64,000 nucleotides of DNA from a bacterium (GTDB lineage: Bacteria; Patescibacteriota; Minisyncoccia; Phycocordibacterales; UBA5272): the NCBI GenBank assembly GCA_023267635.1, contig JAHFMX010000001.1, positions 3,800-67,799 on the forward strand, in the 5' to 3' direction. Of this stretch, positions 19,718 through 28,217 are shown piece after piece; the first letter of the stretch is position 1; each line of letters starts with the position of its first letter. Made by a program: the position numbers and the translations under genes. A model generated the notes under the pieces. It was not told where the DNA came from and did no database searches. It was given only the letters and a program-made list of their open reading frames with translations.

Positions 19718-19739
19718 CAGCTTGTGGACATCTGCACCC

Positions 19740-20107
19740 TGAACCGCTCACCTTTTATGTAGGAAAACGGCGGTTAAACAAAAACTGGGCAAGAATCTAT
19801 TGCTAGATTTTGCCCAGTTAAAACCCAACTATTGCGTTCGGTACTAACTACACAAAATCTAATCTGGCTACGTTTCGTAATTATGATGAAGATTAGATAA
19901 CAAAAAATCCCTTAGACCGACACTCTCACGGGAACGGCAGTATTGCTACTGTTGTTCCCATAACTAGTGGATTGCCAGCATGGAACATTTTATTGTTCCC
20001 GCTAGAATGCCCGTCTAAAGGATTTCGGTGCTACTTCGTGGTGTCGGTCGCTCTGTTGTGCTTAGTATCCCTACCAAGCGAGCTTCTGTATTCAGTTTTC
20101 AATCTCA
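19740..20107 (-). ncRNA. Candidate structured non-coding RNA (unclassified)
   Basis: On the minus strand there is a 13-bp closing stem GACCGACACCACG...CGUG(AGA)GUGUCGGUC enclosing nested hairpins GGGAAC..GUUCCC with a CAGUA-GCAA-UACUG GNRA tetraloop; no long ORF; the promoter is immediately upstream. Confidence 0.3.
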
Positions 20108-20114
20108 CTTGTAT

Positions 20115-20143
20115 ATTATAGCACATTCATTGAAAAAACACAA
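20115..20143 (-). promoter_or_regulatory. Sigma70-like promoter (TTGTGT-17-TATAAT) on the minus strand, reading into the structured region
   Basis: Minus-strand -35 ttgtgt (20143..20138), 17-nt spacer, -10 tataat (20120..20115). Confidence 0.4.
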
Positions 20144-20144
20144 G

Positions 20145-20300
20145 CTATTTTTGAGTTTTTTCGTTAAAATTTCCCTCAAGAAAAATTGTTTTACCATCTT
20201 TTTTTATAATTTTACCTTCACGCAAAAGTCTGTTGTGTATTTGTTGCAATACCTCTCCTAGTTCAGTTACAGCTTTTATTGTTTCTTCAGATAGTTTCAT
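20145..20300 (-). CDS. Small ORF (51 aa), hypothetical; translationally coupled to the upstream small ORF
   Basis: Hand translation: MKLSEETIKAVTELGEVLQQIHNRLLREGKIIKKDGKTIFLEGNFNEKTQK. Its ATG overlaps the stop of the upstream ORF in an ATGA; not in the ORF track (<60 aa). Confidence 0.3.
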   Translation of the reverse strand: MKLSEETIKAVTELGEVLQQIHNRLLREGKIIKKDGKTIFLEGNFNEKTQK

Positions 20301-20467
20301 TTTGTTTTTTGTTGTATTTTTAGTTTTAACCCCTCCGAAAGAACTGTCAGCAACAAATCGCCAATTTCATTTATTTCTTCGTCATTAAGTTGTTGTGAAA
20401 AACCTTCTCTATAAGAATTGTCCATTGCCGTCCTTAAATCCTTTATGGCTTTGGTAGAGAGTTGCAT
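20297..20467 (-). CDS. Small ORF (56 aa), hypothetical
   Basis: Hand translation: MQLSTKAIKDLRTAMDNSYREGFSQQLNDEEINEIGDLLLTVLSEGLKLKIQQKTK. ATGA overlap with the next ORF. Confidence 0.3.
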   Translation of the reverse strand: MQLSTKAIKDLRTAMDNSYREGFSQQLNDEEINEIGDLLLTVLSEGLKLKIQQKTK

Positions 20468-20668
20468 ATTTATTCTTTTTTATAGAGGTGAGGATTTTGT
20501 TCTCTGTCCGCTTTGAATAACCATTCAAAAATAGGTACAAGTCCTTTAATTTCTTCTTCAGTTAATTTTCTTTGCTTCTTATTTTTCATTTATTCTTGTT
20601 CTAGTAGTTCACGATGTTCACATGGTCACCATTATGTCTGATATATGAGATTTAATTATGTATAAGTA

Positions 20669-21730
20669 CTAAAACGTTGTAGGTAACATATCAAAAAGTC
20701 TCTTTGTTTCAATTCTTATTTGCTCTCTTAACTTAACATCCATAATAGCAGATTCAAGTAAGTCCATAGCAGTCTTAACATTTCCAAATTCTCCTGCCTT
20801 CACCATTCTTGCTAGGTTGAGGTACCCCACTAAAGCAAAACGAACATATTCTTTGTGTTTATAAAGTAAGTTGAAATCAGGGGTTGGGATATTGTTGTGT
20901 GCTTTAGGGCTGTCTTTAGCTATTTGTGCAAAAAAAGAACCGTGAACAAAGTCACACCTAGCTTTGTATAAATCTTTTTTAATTTCATCTTCAATAGTCG
21001 GAAACCTTTCAGAAAGAAGAACGGCGACTCTTTTTCTCAGGCGATAAACAACCTCTTGGTTTTGAGAGTCTCCTGCTGTAAATAATGCTTCAAGAATAGT
21101 AGCCATTTCAGCAGATTCTCTTTGCCAACCAAAAGATGTTTTAGAATTTTCATAATCCTTAAGACCGTAATAGAGGAACGATGCTGAAAACAATCTCCAA
21201 TCTTCTTTATCCCAATGTTGTATTCTATCCAAATTCCAAGAACCATATTTTGTCTGTACAAGTAACAATTTATAAAAATTAACAAAAGCCTCTGTTTGAA
21301 AAAACGAAGCAGTCTGTGTATGAAAATAATCAAAATAATTTTTTTCGTGTTCTGGTCTAGTAATACCCATATCATTAACATAACAGAGTGGGTACAAGAA
21401 GTTAGGAGAATAAAGGTTCAAAAGGAAAATAGTTTCTGCATAGTTAAAAATACCTTCTTCAATTGTGTCTGGAATAAGTAATCCCCACGAAACTTTTTCA
21501 AATTGTTTTTCTGTTATACCGAATAAATCTCTACTTTCGGCTAATTTATAATTTCTCTTAACTGTATCATTTATTGGAGGTATTTTTTGCTGTATTTTCT
21601 CTACAAATTCATCAAGAGTGAACTGTTTTAAATCCCAACATTCATAGCCATCTTTGATAGCTAAAACTTTATCCTTTTGTGTTATAGGGTTTCCTGTAAA
21701 GGCAAGAAATATGGTCTTTGTTCTATTCAT
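20669..21730 (-). CDS. Hypothetical protein with C-terminal HEPN-like Rx4HG motif (putative RNase/abortive-infection-type), third gene of a 3-gene operon
   Basis: 353 aa; ...YKARCDFVHGSF... gives R-x4-H-G, followed by an amphipathic or hydrophobic helix; its start overlaps the upstream gene's stop by 4 nt. Confidence 0.4.
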   Translation of the reverse strand: MNRTKTIFLAFTGNPITQKDKVLAIKDGYECWDLKQFTLDEFVEKIQQKIPPINDTVKRNYKLAESRDLFGITEKQFEKVSWGLLIPDTIEEGIFNYAETIFLLNLYSPNFLYPLCYVNDMGITRPEHEKNYFDYFHTQTASFFQTEAFVNFYKLLLVQTKYGSWNLDRIQHWDKEDWRLFSASFLYYGLKDYENSKTSFGWQRESAEMATILEALFTAGDSQNQEVVYRLRKRVAVLLSERFPTIEDEIKKDLYKARCDFVHGSFFAQIAKDSPKAHNNIPTPDFNLLYKHKEYVRFALVGYLNLARMVKAGEFGNVKTAMDLLESAIMDVKLREQIRIETKRLFDMLPTTF

Positions 21731-22857
21731 ATAATTTTTCTATTACCCGCACGTTTTAATAATTTATTAAACAGTCTTCGTGAAGAGCTTCTATAAACAA
21801 AAGCTTTAAGTTTTCTTGGTGTTGGGAAAGAAATATTATCAGTATACTCTTCCCACTTAATTTCATAGTCACAAAAATAACCTCTTCTACTTTTTTCAAA
21901 CTGCTTTTTTACTGCTAAGACAAAGAAGAGTAAAGCTATATCAATATGCGACTGCCACTTCTCAAAATTAAAATTGCTCAGTTTTACCTTATCACCGTGA
22001 ACTATACTATTTCTAAGTCGGTAAAACTTCTCTGCCCATATTCCTTTTTTACTCAGATATTCAAGGCTTTTAGGATTTGTCTTCTTATCCCAATAACTTA
22101 CATACTTTTTTTCTCCATCTAAATCGGAAATTGCTTGAATATTCCTTTTGAAGTGTTTTCTTTGTTGGGTTTCGGGAATAGAAAAGATAGCTTCAAAAGC
22201 AGACATAAATAAAAGGATACGTGCTTTATTACTTAAATGATTAGAGTTGTAATAGCCCTCCATACAGATTTGTGTTGAGTTAATTATTCTTCTGTATATT
22301 TTTGGTTTATGAGTTTTTAAATAAGTGAGTTCTGAAAAAATTTCGCCATCAAGAGTATAGTTGGAGGGGGTTGGAACAAAACTTGGTGTTAGAAAGCGAA
22401 TTTTATCTAGCGTATATCCAGCCTTACTGAATCTTACAATTTCACCAGAAGTCTCAGCTACGTGGTCGCTATCTAAAGTAAAGTTTTGGTAAATAACGTC
22501 AAAGTTTTCTGATGTTGCCATCCGATGCCCAGAATTAACATTAGAAATCCCAGTATTGTTGTTTGAAACGAAAGAAAGAAACAAGGTTGCTCTTGCCTCT
22601 TGAATTAGCTCAATTTCCTTTTGTGTAAAAGGTTGAAACTTGTTTCCTGTTATTTCTATAACGCCAATGTTTTTTACATTCCCGTGATGGGTTATGTGTG
22701 TAGCAAAGATTTTTTCAAGTTTTGTTTTTAAGACTTCATCTTTAATATAATCATCTTTTTTCTTATCAAAATTCCAAACCCTTAAGAAACCAAGATTAAT
22801 TTCGTCAAAACCATTCATAGATAAGTATGGGAAATATGCTACTTGGTAATAGTTCAT
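21727..22857 (-). CDS. Hypothetical protein with C-terminal HEPN-like Rx4HG motif, second gene of the operon
   Basis: 376 aa; ...YRLRNSIVHGDK... gives R-x4-H-G, followed by a hydrophobic helix (IDIALLFFVLAV). Confidence 0.4.
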   Translation of the reverse strand: MNYYQVAYFPYLSMNGFDEINLGFLRVWNFDKKKDDYIKDEVLKTKLEKIFATHITHHGNVKNIGVIEITGNKFQPFTQKEIELIQEARATLFLSFVSNNNTGISNVNSGHRMATSENFDVIYQNFTLDSDHVAETSGEIVRFSKAGYTLDKIRFLTPSFVPTPSNYTLDGEIFSELTYLKTHKPKIYRRIINSTQICMEGYYNSNHLSNKARILLFMSAFEAIFSIPETQQRKHFKRNIQAISDLDGEKKYVSYWDKKTNPKSLEYLSKKGIWAEKFYRLRNSIVHGDKVKLSNFNFEKWQSHIDIALLFFVLAVKKQFEKSRRGYFCDYEIKWEEYTDNISFPTPRKLKAFVYRSSSRRLFNKLLKRAGNRKII

Positions 22858-22859
22858 AC

Positions 22860-23840
22860 CTATACATTTTCAAACTTAACACCTACTCTTCCTGCCAAGA
22901 CAAGAAAGAAATATAAAATCAAGTTAGAGTTTGATAAGTTACACTCCTGAATACTTATTTGTCCGTGGGCAACCTTATGTCGTAGGGTGTAACCAAGAGG
23001 TTCAAATAAAACAAACTTTATCTGTTCACAAAAGTCCCGCCCCCATTTATTTTGAAATTTTTCAGAACTTAAATACTCAGAAGATAAAGTTTTTATTTGG
23101 GTAGAAATCTCTTTCCCTCTGTTCAAGGAAACGATATCTATTCCAAGCTTTTCTGAAATATATAGAAATACTCCTTCAAATTGAGGTATCAAAATATGAA
23201 TAGCAGAAACATAATCATTATTTAAATATTTATCGATGCCCACCTCTATAAGTTTCAAATTATTTTCTGGGAAAATACCAGAACTACGAAGATAACTTAT
23301 AAAATTTTCTTTATCTAATCCTTTTTCTTTTAAACTTGTAAAAATTCTAGAGAGAAAAAGTTCACTAATTATTCCCTGACATATGGAATACATTTGTATG
23401 GTCCAAGCAAGGTTTCCATCAGTTCCACCCTTTACAAGATGGCCAGATTCAGACCTAGTAGACAAGTTAGCTATTTGGTAAGAAATTGGCATATTCCCCT
23501 GAGCAGTTTTCTCAACATCAGCCATTACTGGATACAACACTAAGCTTGCTCCTATCTTCTTTAAGATTTCTTCAATCGTTCCCTCTAAGATTGGGTTAAT
23601 GGCCTTTTCTATGTCTTCGTTAGGAACTTGTTGCTCAACAGAAAGTTCTTTATATGCAGATTTTGATTTACGATTCATCTCGACAACTTTATTTTTGCAA
23701 AAAGTGACAGAAGTAGAGTCTCCTAAGTTGCGAGCAATTTCGGTTGCGTCGGTATATAAAAAAGAGGATGAGAAAAAGTCCCCACTTTCTTCTGCAGTCT
23801 TGGCTTCCTCTAGCTTCAATTCTAGGTCTTCTTTTTTCAT
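22860..23840 (-). CDS. Hypothetical protein with C-terminal HEPN-like Rx4HG motif, first gene of the operon
   Basis: 326 aa; ...TLRHKVAHGQIS... gives R-x4-H-G, followed by a hydrophobic helix (LILYFFLVLAG). Confidence 0.4.
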   Translation of the reverse strand: MKKEDLELKLEEAKTAEESGDFFSSSFLYTDATEIARNLGDSTSVTFCKNKVVEMNRKSKSAYKELSVEQQVPNEDIEKAINPILEGTIEEILKKIGASLVLYPVMADVEKTAQGNMPISYQIANLSTRSESGHLVKGGTDGNLAWTIQMYSICQGIISELFLSRIFTSLKEKGLDKENFISYLRSSGIFPENNLKLIEVGIDKYLNNDYVSAIHILIPQFEGVFLYISEKLGIDIVSLNRGKEISTQIKTLSSEYLSSEKFQNKWGRDFCEQIKFVLFEPLGYTLRHKVAHGQISIQECNLSNSNLILYFFLVLAGRVGVKFENV

Positions 23841-23929
23841 TTGAGTATTGCTTACTTGCTTAATATATCACAAATATAACAATTATGATTACCTCCTTAT
23901 TTTAAGGATTTTAATGGTATAATTACTAT

Positions 23930-24583
23930 ATGAGTTCAGGTGAATTACAAGTTAATACGCCAAACAAATCTATAATCGTGGAGACAAAAACTGCACTAAC
24001 TTTTGGTATCGCTAGTGCATTAAAAAAGAAGATACTTAACGGTGAAGCATTATTCAAAAAAGACTCTCCAGTTATGATTGAAGTTGAGGCAAATACAAAC
24101 GGAGAAATATCAAATAAAACCATTACAATTCCTGCAAATACTGTTATGTCTTGGATTAAAAGAGATATGGTTATACCAGACACAAAGAAGACACTAAGAG
24201 ATTATCTAAACGAAGCCAGAGAAGAGCGAGCTGATGCACTAACAAAAAGGCAAAAACAAGAGATTAAACACCTTGCAATGAGGGAATTGGTGAAGATGGT
24301 TGCTATGCCAACTGAAAGCAATAGGAAGGAGATTATCGTTAACTATGCTAAAGATAAAAGTGGTGATGATGTAGAGCAAGGCAAAGCCGTAAGAACAACC
24401 ATAGGAGATGATGCCGAGAAGATGAGACTTAAAGCAAAAAACCTTCACTATATTTTGGACCACCTCGATGATGACTTTAAGAAACAGAAAGAGAAGTTAA
24501 ACAGTACACCACATACCTTCTCATTCTTGGCTTTAGCTGAAAAAGAACAGGAGATGATTAGAGAAGGGAAAATAAAGGCTTAA
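23930..24583 (+). CDS. Hypothetical protein (highly charged, K/E-rich)
   Basis: 217 aa, no recognisable motif. Confidence 0.3.
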   Translation: MSSGELQVNTPNKSIIVETKTALTFGIASALKKKILNGEALFKKDSPVMIEVEANTNGEISNKTITIPANTVMSWIKRDMVIPDTKKTLRDYLNEAREERADALTKRQKQEIKHLAMRELVKMVAMPTESNRKEIIVNYAKDKSGDDVEQGKAVRTTIGDDAEKMRLKAKNLHYILDHLDDDFKKQKEKLNSTPHTFSFLALAEKEQEMIREGKIKA

Positions 24584-24595
24584 TAAAACTTTGTT

Positions 24596-25537
24596 TTAGT
24601 TTTCTTTTACAAACTTGTCGTAGGCTTGCTGGATTAAATAAATACCATACTCTAATTCTTTCTCACTACTAATTTCAACGGATGATATATCTTGTTTATA
24701 GTATTTAATACTGTTCTCGTTATAATAGACTTTTTTCTCTGGGTCTTTAAAATCTTCTGGTTTGGTTCTAGTAAAATCAATACGTACTTTATTACTAGAA
24801 ATATGACAATAGAAAATGTTTCTCCAATTATTTGGTAATTGGAAAGATATGTAAGACTTTGTCGGATGTGCTACAACTTCTGAATCAATTATTGAAATCT
24901 TTTCTTTCAATTGTGAATAAAGTTTCTTACCATTCCCATCTGGTTTACTGGAAAGATAGTCATCTTCTGAATAATTCTTTACTTCTTTAGAAACTTTATT
25001 AACCTCACTATTTGAAATACCTAATGTCTCTATAGAAGCTTTAGTGCCAGAGCTTTTAATTTGTAGATATTGCAGTACGTCTCCTTCATACCTAGTAACT
25101 TCCCACAATTCAATTGGTAAATCTCTAAAGTTAATAGCTTCAAGCTGGTGAACTGTGAAAGACCTCGTTAGAAACAAAACTCTCATTTGGGACCAATCAA
25201 AATCTGCTTTCCCTTTTTTCTCTTGAAACTTTTTGTTAAATTCTAAAACAAACTCTGCCTGATTATTTAAAATTAAAGAAAGGTATGCAAAACCTTGGTC
25301 AACAACACTAAAACTTTTTTCACGCTTATATTCAATTACAACAAAAGATTTTTTATAAGTATCGTATGCGAGAGTATCTATACGTAAATTATTATGCTGA
25401 AATTCACTAGCCACAAATTCGAGACCAAATATCTCGTTTAAATTTTTTTCGGTTACACTTTGTAACTCTCTTTCTAAAGAAAAAGGTTTTTCCTTTATTA
25501 GAGCTAACTTCTCCTTGCTGTTACGATAAAGTGACAT
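24596..25537 (-). CDS. Putative PD-(D/E)xK nuclease superfamily protein
   Basis: N-terminal block LRIDTLAYD...SFVVIEYKREK matches the D...(D/E)xK core of restriction-endonuclease-like folds (similar to DUF1016/YhcG-type proteins as recalled); 313 aa. Confidence 0.4.
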   Translation of the reverse strand: MSLYRNSKEKLALIKEKPFSLERELQSVTEKNLNEIFGLEFVASEFQHNNLRIDTLAYDTYKKSFVVIEYKREKSFSVVDQGFAYLSLILNNQAEFVLEFNKKFQEKKGKADFDWSQMRVLFLTRSFTVHQLEAINFRDLPIELWEVTRYEGDVLQYLQIKSSGTKASIETLGISNSEVNKVSKEVKNYSEDDYLSSKPDGNGKKLYSQLKEKISIIDSEVVAHPTKSYISFQLPNNWRNIFYCHISSNKVRIDFTRTKPEDFKDPEKKVYYNENSIKYYKQDISSVEISSEKELEYGIYLIQQAYDKFVKEN

Positions 25538-25690
25538 ATGTTTATATATTTCTATTATACACTCTTTAAAATGGTGTGCGAATGTCTTTGTTAGCTTTAG
25601 CTGAAAAAGAACAAGAGATGATTAGAGACGGAAAACTAAAGAGAATATAATAATATAGATGGCATAAGGTATAATTAAACCATTTCAATT

Positions 25691-28183
25691 ATGCAAATTC
25701 TTATTACCTTAGCACTCATAGCCTTAACTGTTACTTTATATAAAAAATATAACAAAGCGAAGGAACATAAACGAATTCTCAGTCTATTGCTTACACTTAA
25801 AGACTATGAGACTGAGTACCTAACAGCACTCAAAGAATTTTACGATTTTGAGGACACAAAGTGGTTCGTTAGTGACAGACAATATCAATTATGGAAAACG
25901 AAGTATCAATATCTAGCGGAAAAGTTCAATCCCATTTTCATCGATATTGAAACTAATGACCCTTTTAAAAAAATCATTACAGACTTTGCTGACCGTTTTT
26001 TTGATGGAAGAAAATTATTTATTGATAACTTTAACGAAAACTTTGTAAAAAAAGAATCGCCTACAATCGAAAGTATTTTGAATGATAAAAAAATAAACCA
26101 TAACAATGACCAAGTAACGGCAATAGCCTCCGATGAAGATAACACTCTATTGGTCGCTGGAGCTGGTACAGGGAAAACTACTACAATTTTAGGTAAATTA
26201 GCATATTTAATTGAAAGGGCTGGGGTAAAACCAGAAGAGATACTACTCTTATCATTCACTGGACGTGCTGTTGATGAATTAACAGAAAGAATACATAAAA
26301 CATTCCCTGATAAAAATATCAAAGCACTAACTTTTCATAGTTTTGGTCTATCTGTTATAGGTGAGTCTCTTGGAGAAAGGCCAGACCTAGCATTCCCCAC
26401 TACAGTTTCTCGACAAAAGTTTTTGGACGAACAGTTTGATTTACAACTAAAAAATCCAGAATTTTTACATAAAGCAGTTGAATACTTTGCATATTATTTT
26501 AAACCAGTTATTCTCGAACCAGCATTTCAAAATCTTGATGACTATTACAAGTATTCCAAGACGGAACAACATATGACTTTAAAAAAGGAATTTTTAAAAA
26601 GTCAGCAAGAGGTTATGATTGCAAATTTTTTGTATATGAATGGCATACGTTATGAGTATGAAAAGGCCTATAAACACAAGACCGCTGATAAAGATTACCA
26701 ACAGTACAAACCAGACTTTTACTTATCTGATTATGACATTTATATCGAACATTTTGGAATCGACCGTAATGGTAATACTCATTTTTCACAAAATGAATCA
26801 CAAAACCTTTCTAAGACAAGAAAATACAACACGGAGATGGAATGGAAAAGGAATTTACACAAACAACATCAAACCAAACTTCTCGAAACATTCAGCTATG
26901 AATTTACTGAAAGAGATTGGAAGGATAAGCTTACCAAAAATCTAAAGCTATATAACGTTGAGTTTACTTCCATCAATAAAGATGAAATTATGAAAGAGCT
27001 TCGGTCCAGTGGCAACGTAAAAGAAATTGCCCAGCTCTTTGGTGTCTTCTTGGGTTTAACAAAATCAAATGGCTACACTGTAGACAAATTACAAGATGTT
27101 ATTTTATCTAGAAACAATAATCGAGAATTAGCTTTTTTTGAAATCTTTTCCCCAATTTATCAAGCTTATGAAGAATATCTTATTCACCATAAACAAATTG
27201 ATTTTGATGATATGTTAATTAAGTCTTCGCGATTTGTGAATGATGGTCTCTACAAGCACCAGTTCAGATATATTATTATTGACGAATTTCAAGATTTTTC
27301 TGTTAGTAAATACTTACTAGTAAAAGCACTTTGTGACCAGAGTCCTACTACTAAACTTTTTTGTGTGGGAGACGACTGGCAATCAATATTTCGTTTTTCT
27401 GGTTCTGATATTTCTCTGATGACCAATTTTGAAGAATCTTATGGTTTTACAAGGAAAAATCAATTAGTACTCACAAACCGTTTTGCTAACGGACTTGCAG
27501 TAATATCAAATAAGTTCATTTTAAAAAACCCAAGCCAAATAAATAAAGAAGTTAAATCTGCAAAAATGGAGACTGGTAATCCAGTGGAAATTCGATACCA
27601 AAAAAAGAAAAGTGATGCGGAGGAGCTTATACATGAAATACTTTCAACAATTAATAAATCTACATCTGATAATAAAGATAAGATAAGTGTATTTTTGCTT
27701 GGACGCTACAACTATAATAAACCAGACAACTTTTCGGGTTATTCAAGAGAATACAAAAATTTATCAATTGAATTTTTAACTATCCACGCATCGAAGGGTG
27801 CCGAAGCAGATTATGTGATTATTCTAGATGTGGTTTCAGGAAAACACGGCTTTCCTTCTGAAATAACAGATGACCCATTATTAGAAATAGTTCTAAGTAA
27901 GAGCGACTCATACCCACATGCAGAGGAGAGAAGGCTTATGTATGTCGCAATGACGAGAGCTAAACATAAAGTTTATATTATTACTGAAGATAGAAAACAG
28001 TCTGTATTCATTTTAGAATTGGAAGGGTCAAATAGGTCCGAGATAGAACACAAACAGTGTAATGAGTGTGGAGGTGAGATGATTCAAAGAAAGAGTTCCT
28101 ATGGCCTATTTTGGGGCTGTAGCAACTTCCCTGATTGCTCATACACAATTAGCACAAAGAGAGGTTATCAGAACAACCGTTAG
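25691..28183 (+). CDS. UvrD/Rep-family (SF1) helicase with N-terminal TM helix and C-terminal C4 zinc ribbon
   Basis: Walker A AGAGTGKTTTI; UvrD motifs (IIIDEFQDFS, FCVGDDWQSIFRF, TIHASKGAEADYVII, YVAMTRAK); C-terminal CNECGG...CSNFPDC topoisomerase-type Zn ribbon; N-terminal hydrophobic MQILITLALIALTVTLY. Confidence 0.65.
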   Translation: MQILITLALIALTVTLYKKYNKAKEHKRILSLLLTLKDYETEYLTALKEFYDFEDTKWFVSDRQYQLWKTKYQYLAEKFNPIFIDIETNDPFKKIITDFADRFFDGRKLFIDNFNENFVKKESPTIESILNDKKINHNNDQVTAIASDEDNTLLVAGAGTGKTTTILGKLAYLIERAGVKPEEILLLSFTGRAVDELTERIHKTFPDKNIKALTFHSFGLSVIGESLGERPDLAFPTTVSRQKFLDEQFDLQLKNPEFLHKAVEYFAYYFKPVILEPAFQNLDDYYKYSKTEQHMTLKKEFLKSQQEVMIANFLYMNGIRYEYEKAYKHKTADKDYQQYKPDFYLSDYDIYIEHFGIDRNGNTHFSQNESQNLSKTRKYNTEMEWKRNLHKQHQTKLLETFSYEFTERDWKDKLTKNLKLYNVEFTSINKDEIMKELRSSGNVKEIAQLFGVFLGLTKSNGYTVDKLQDVILSRNNNRELAFFEIFSPIYQAYEEYLIHHKQIDFDDMLIKSSRFVNDGLYKHQFRYIIIDEFQDFSVSKYLLVKALCDQSPTTKLFCVGDDWQSIFRFSGSDISLMTNFEESYGFTRKNQLVLTNRFANGLAVISNKFILKNPSQINKEVKSAKMETGNPVEIRYQKKKSDAEELIHEILSTINKSTSDNKDKISVFLLGRYNYNKPDNFSGYSREYKNLSIEFLTIHASKGAEADYVIILDVVSGKHGFPSEITDDPLLEIVLSKSDSYPHAEERRLMYVAMTRAKHKVYIITEDRKQSVFILELEGSNRSEIEHKQCNECGGEMIQRKSSYGLFWGCSNFPDCSYTISTKRGYQNNR

Positions 28184-28217
28184 TATCAGGAATCATTCCA
28201 GATTCTTTTCCACAGAG

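Noticed and set aside
19740-20107. Identity of the structured region as RNase P RNA, tmRNA, SRP RNA or a tRNA
   Set aside because: I could not find the P4 GGAAAGUCCGG / ACAGAA..CGGCUUA motifs, the tmRNA tRNA-like ends or tag reading frame, or the SRP domain IV motif; left as unclassified.
20028-20261. 77-aa plus-strand ORF
   Set aside because: No motif; overlaps the better-supported minus-strand small ORF and the minus-strand promoter; composition looks non-coding.
20470-20590. Third small coding-like stretch upstream of the two coupled small ORFs
   Set aside because: The in-frame region (KIKKQRKLTEEEIKGLVPIFEWLF...) begins directly after a TGA with no ATG/GTG/TTG start. TGA recoding (genetic code 25) was considered and rejected because the long conserved genes here (WecB, TsaD, recombinases) are full-length under code 11.
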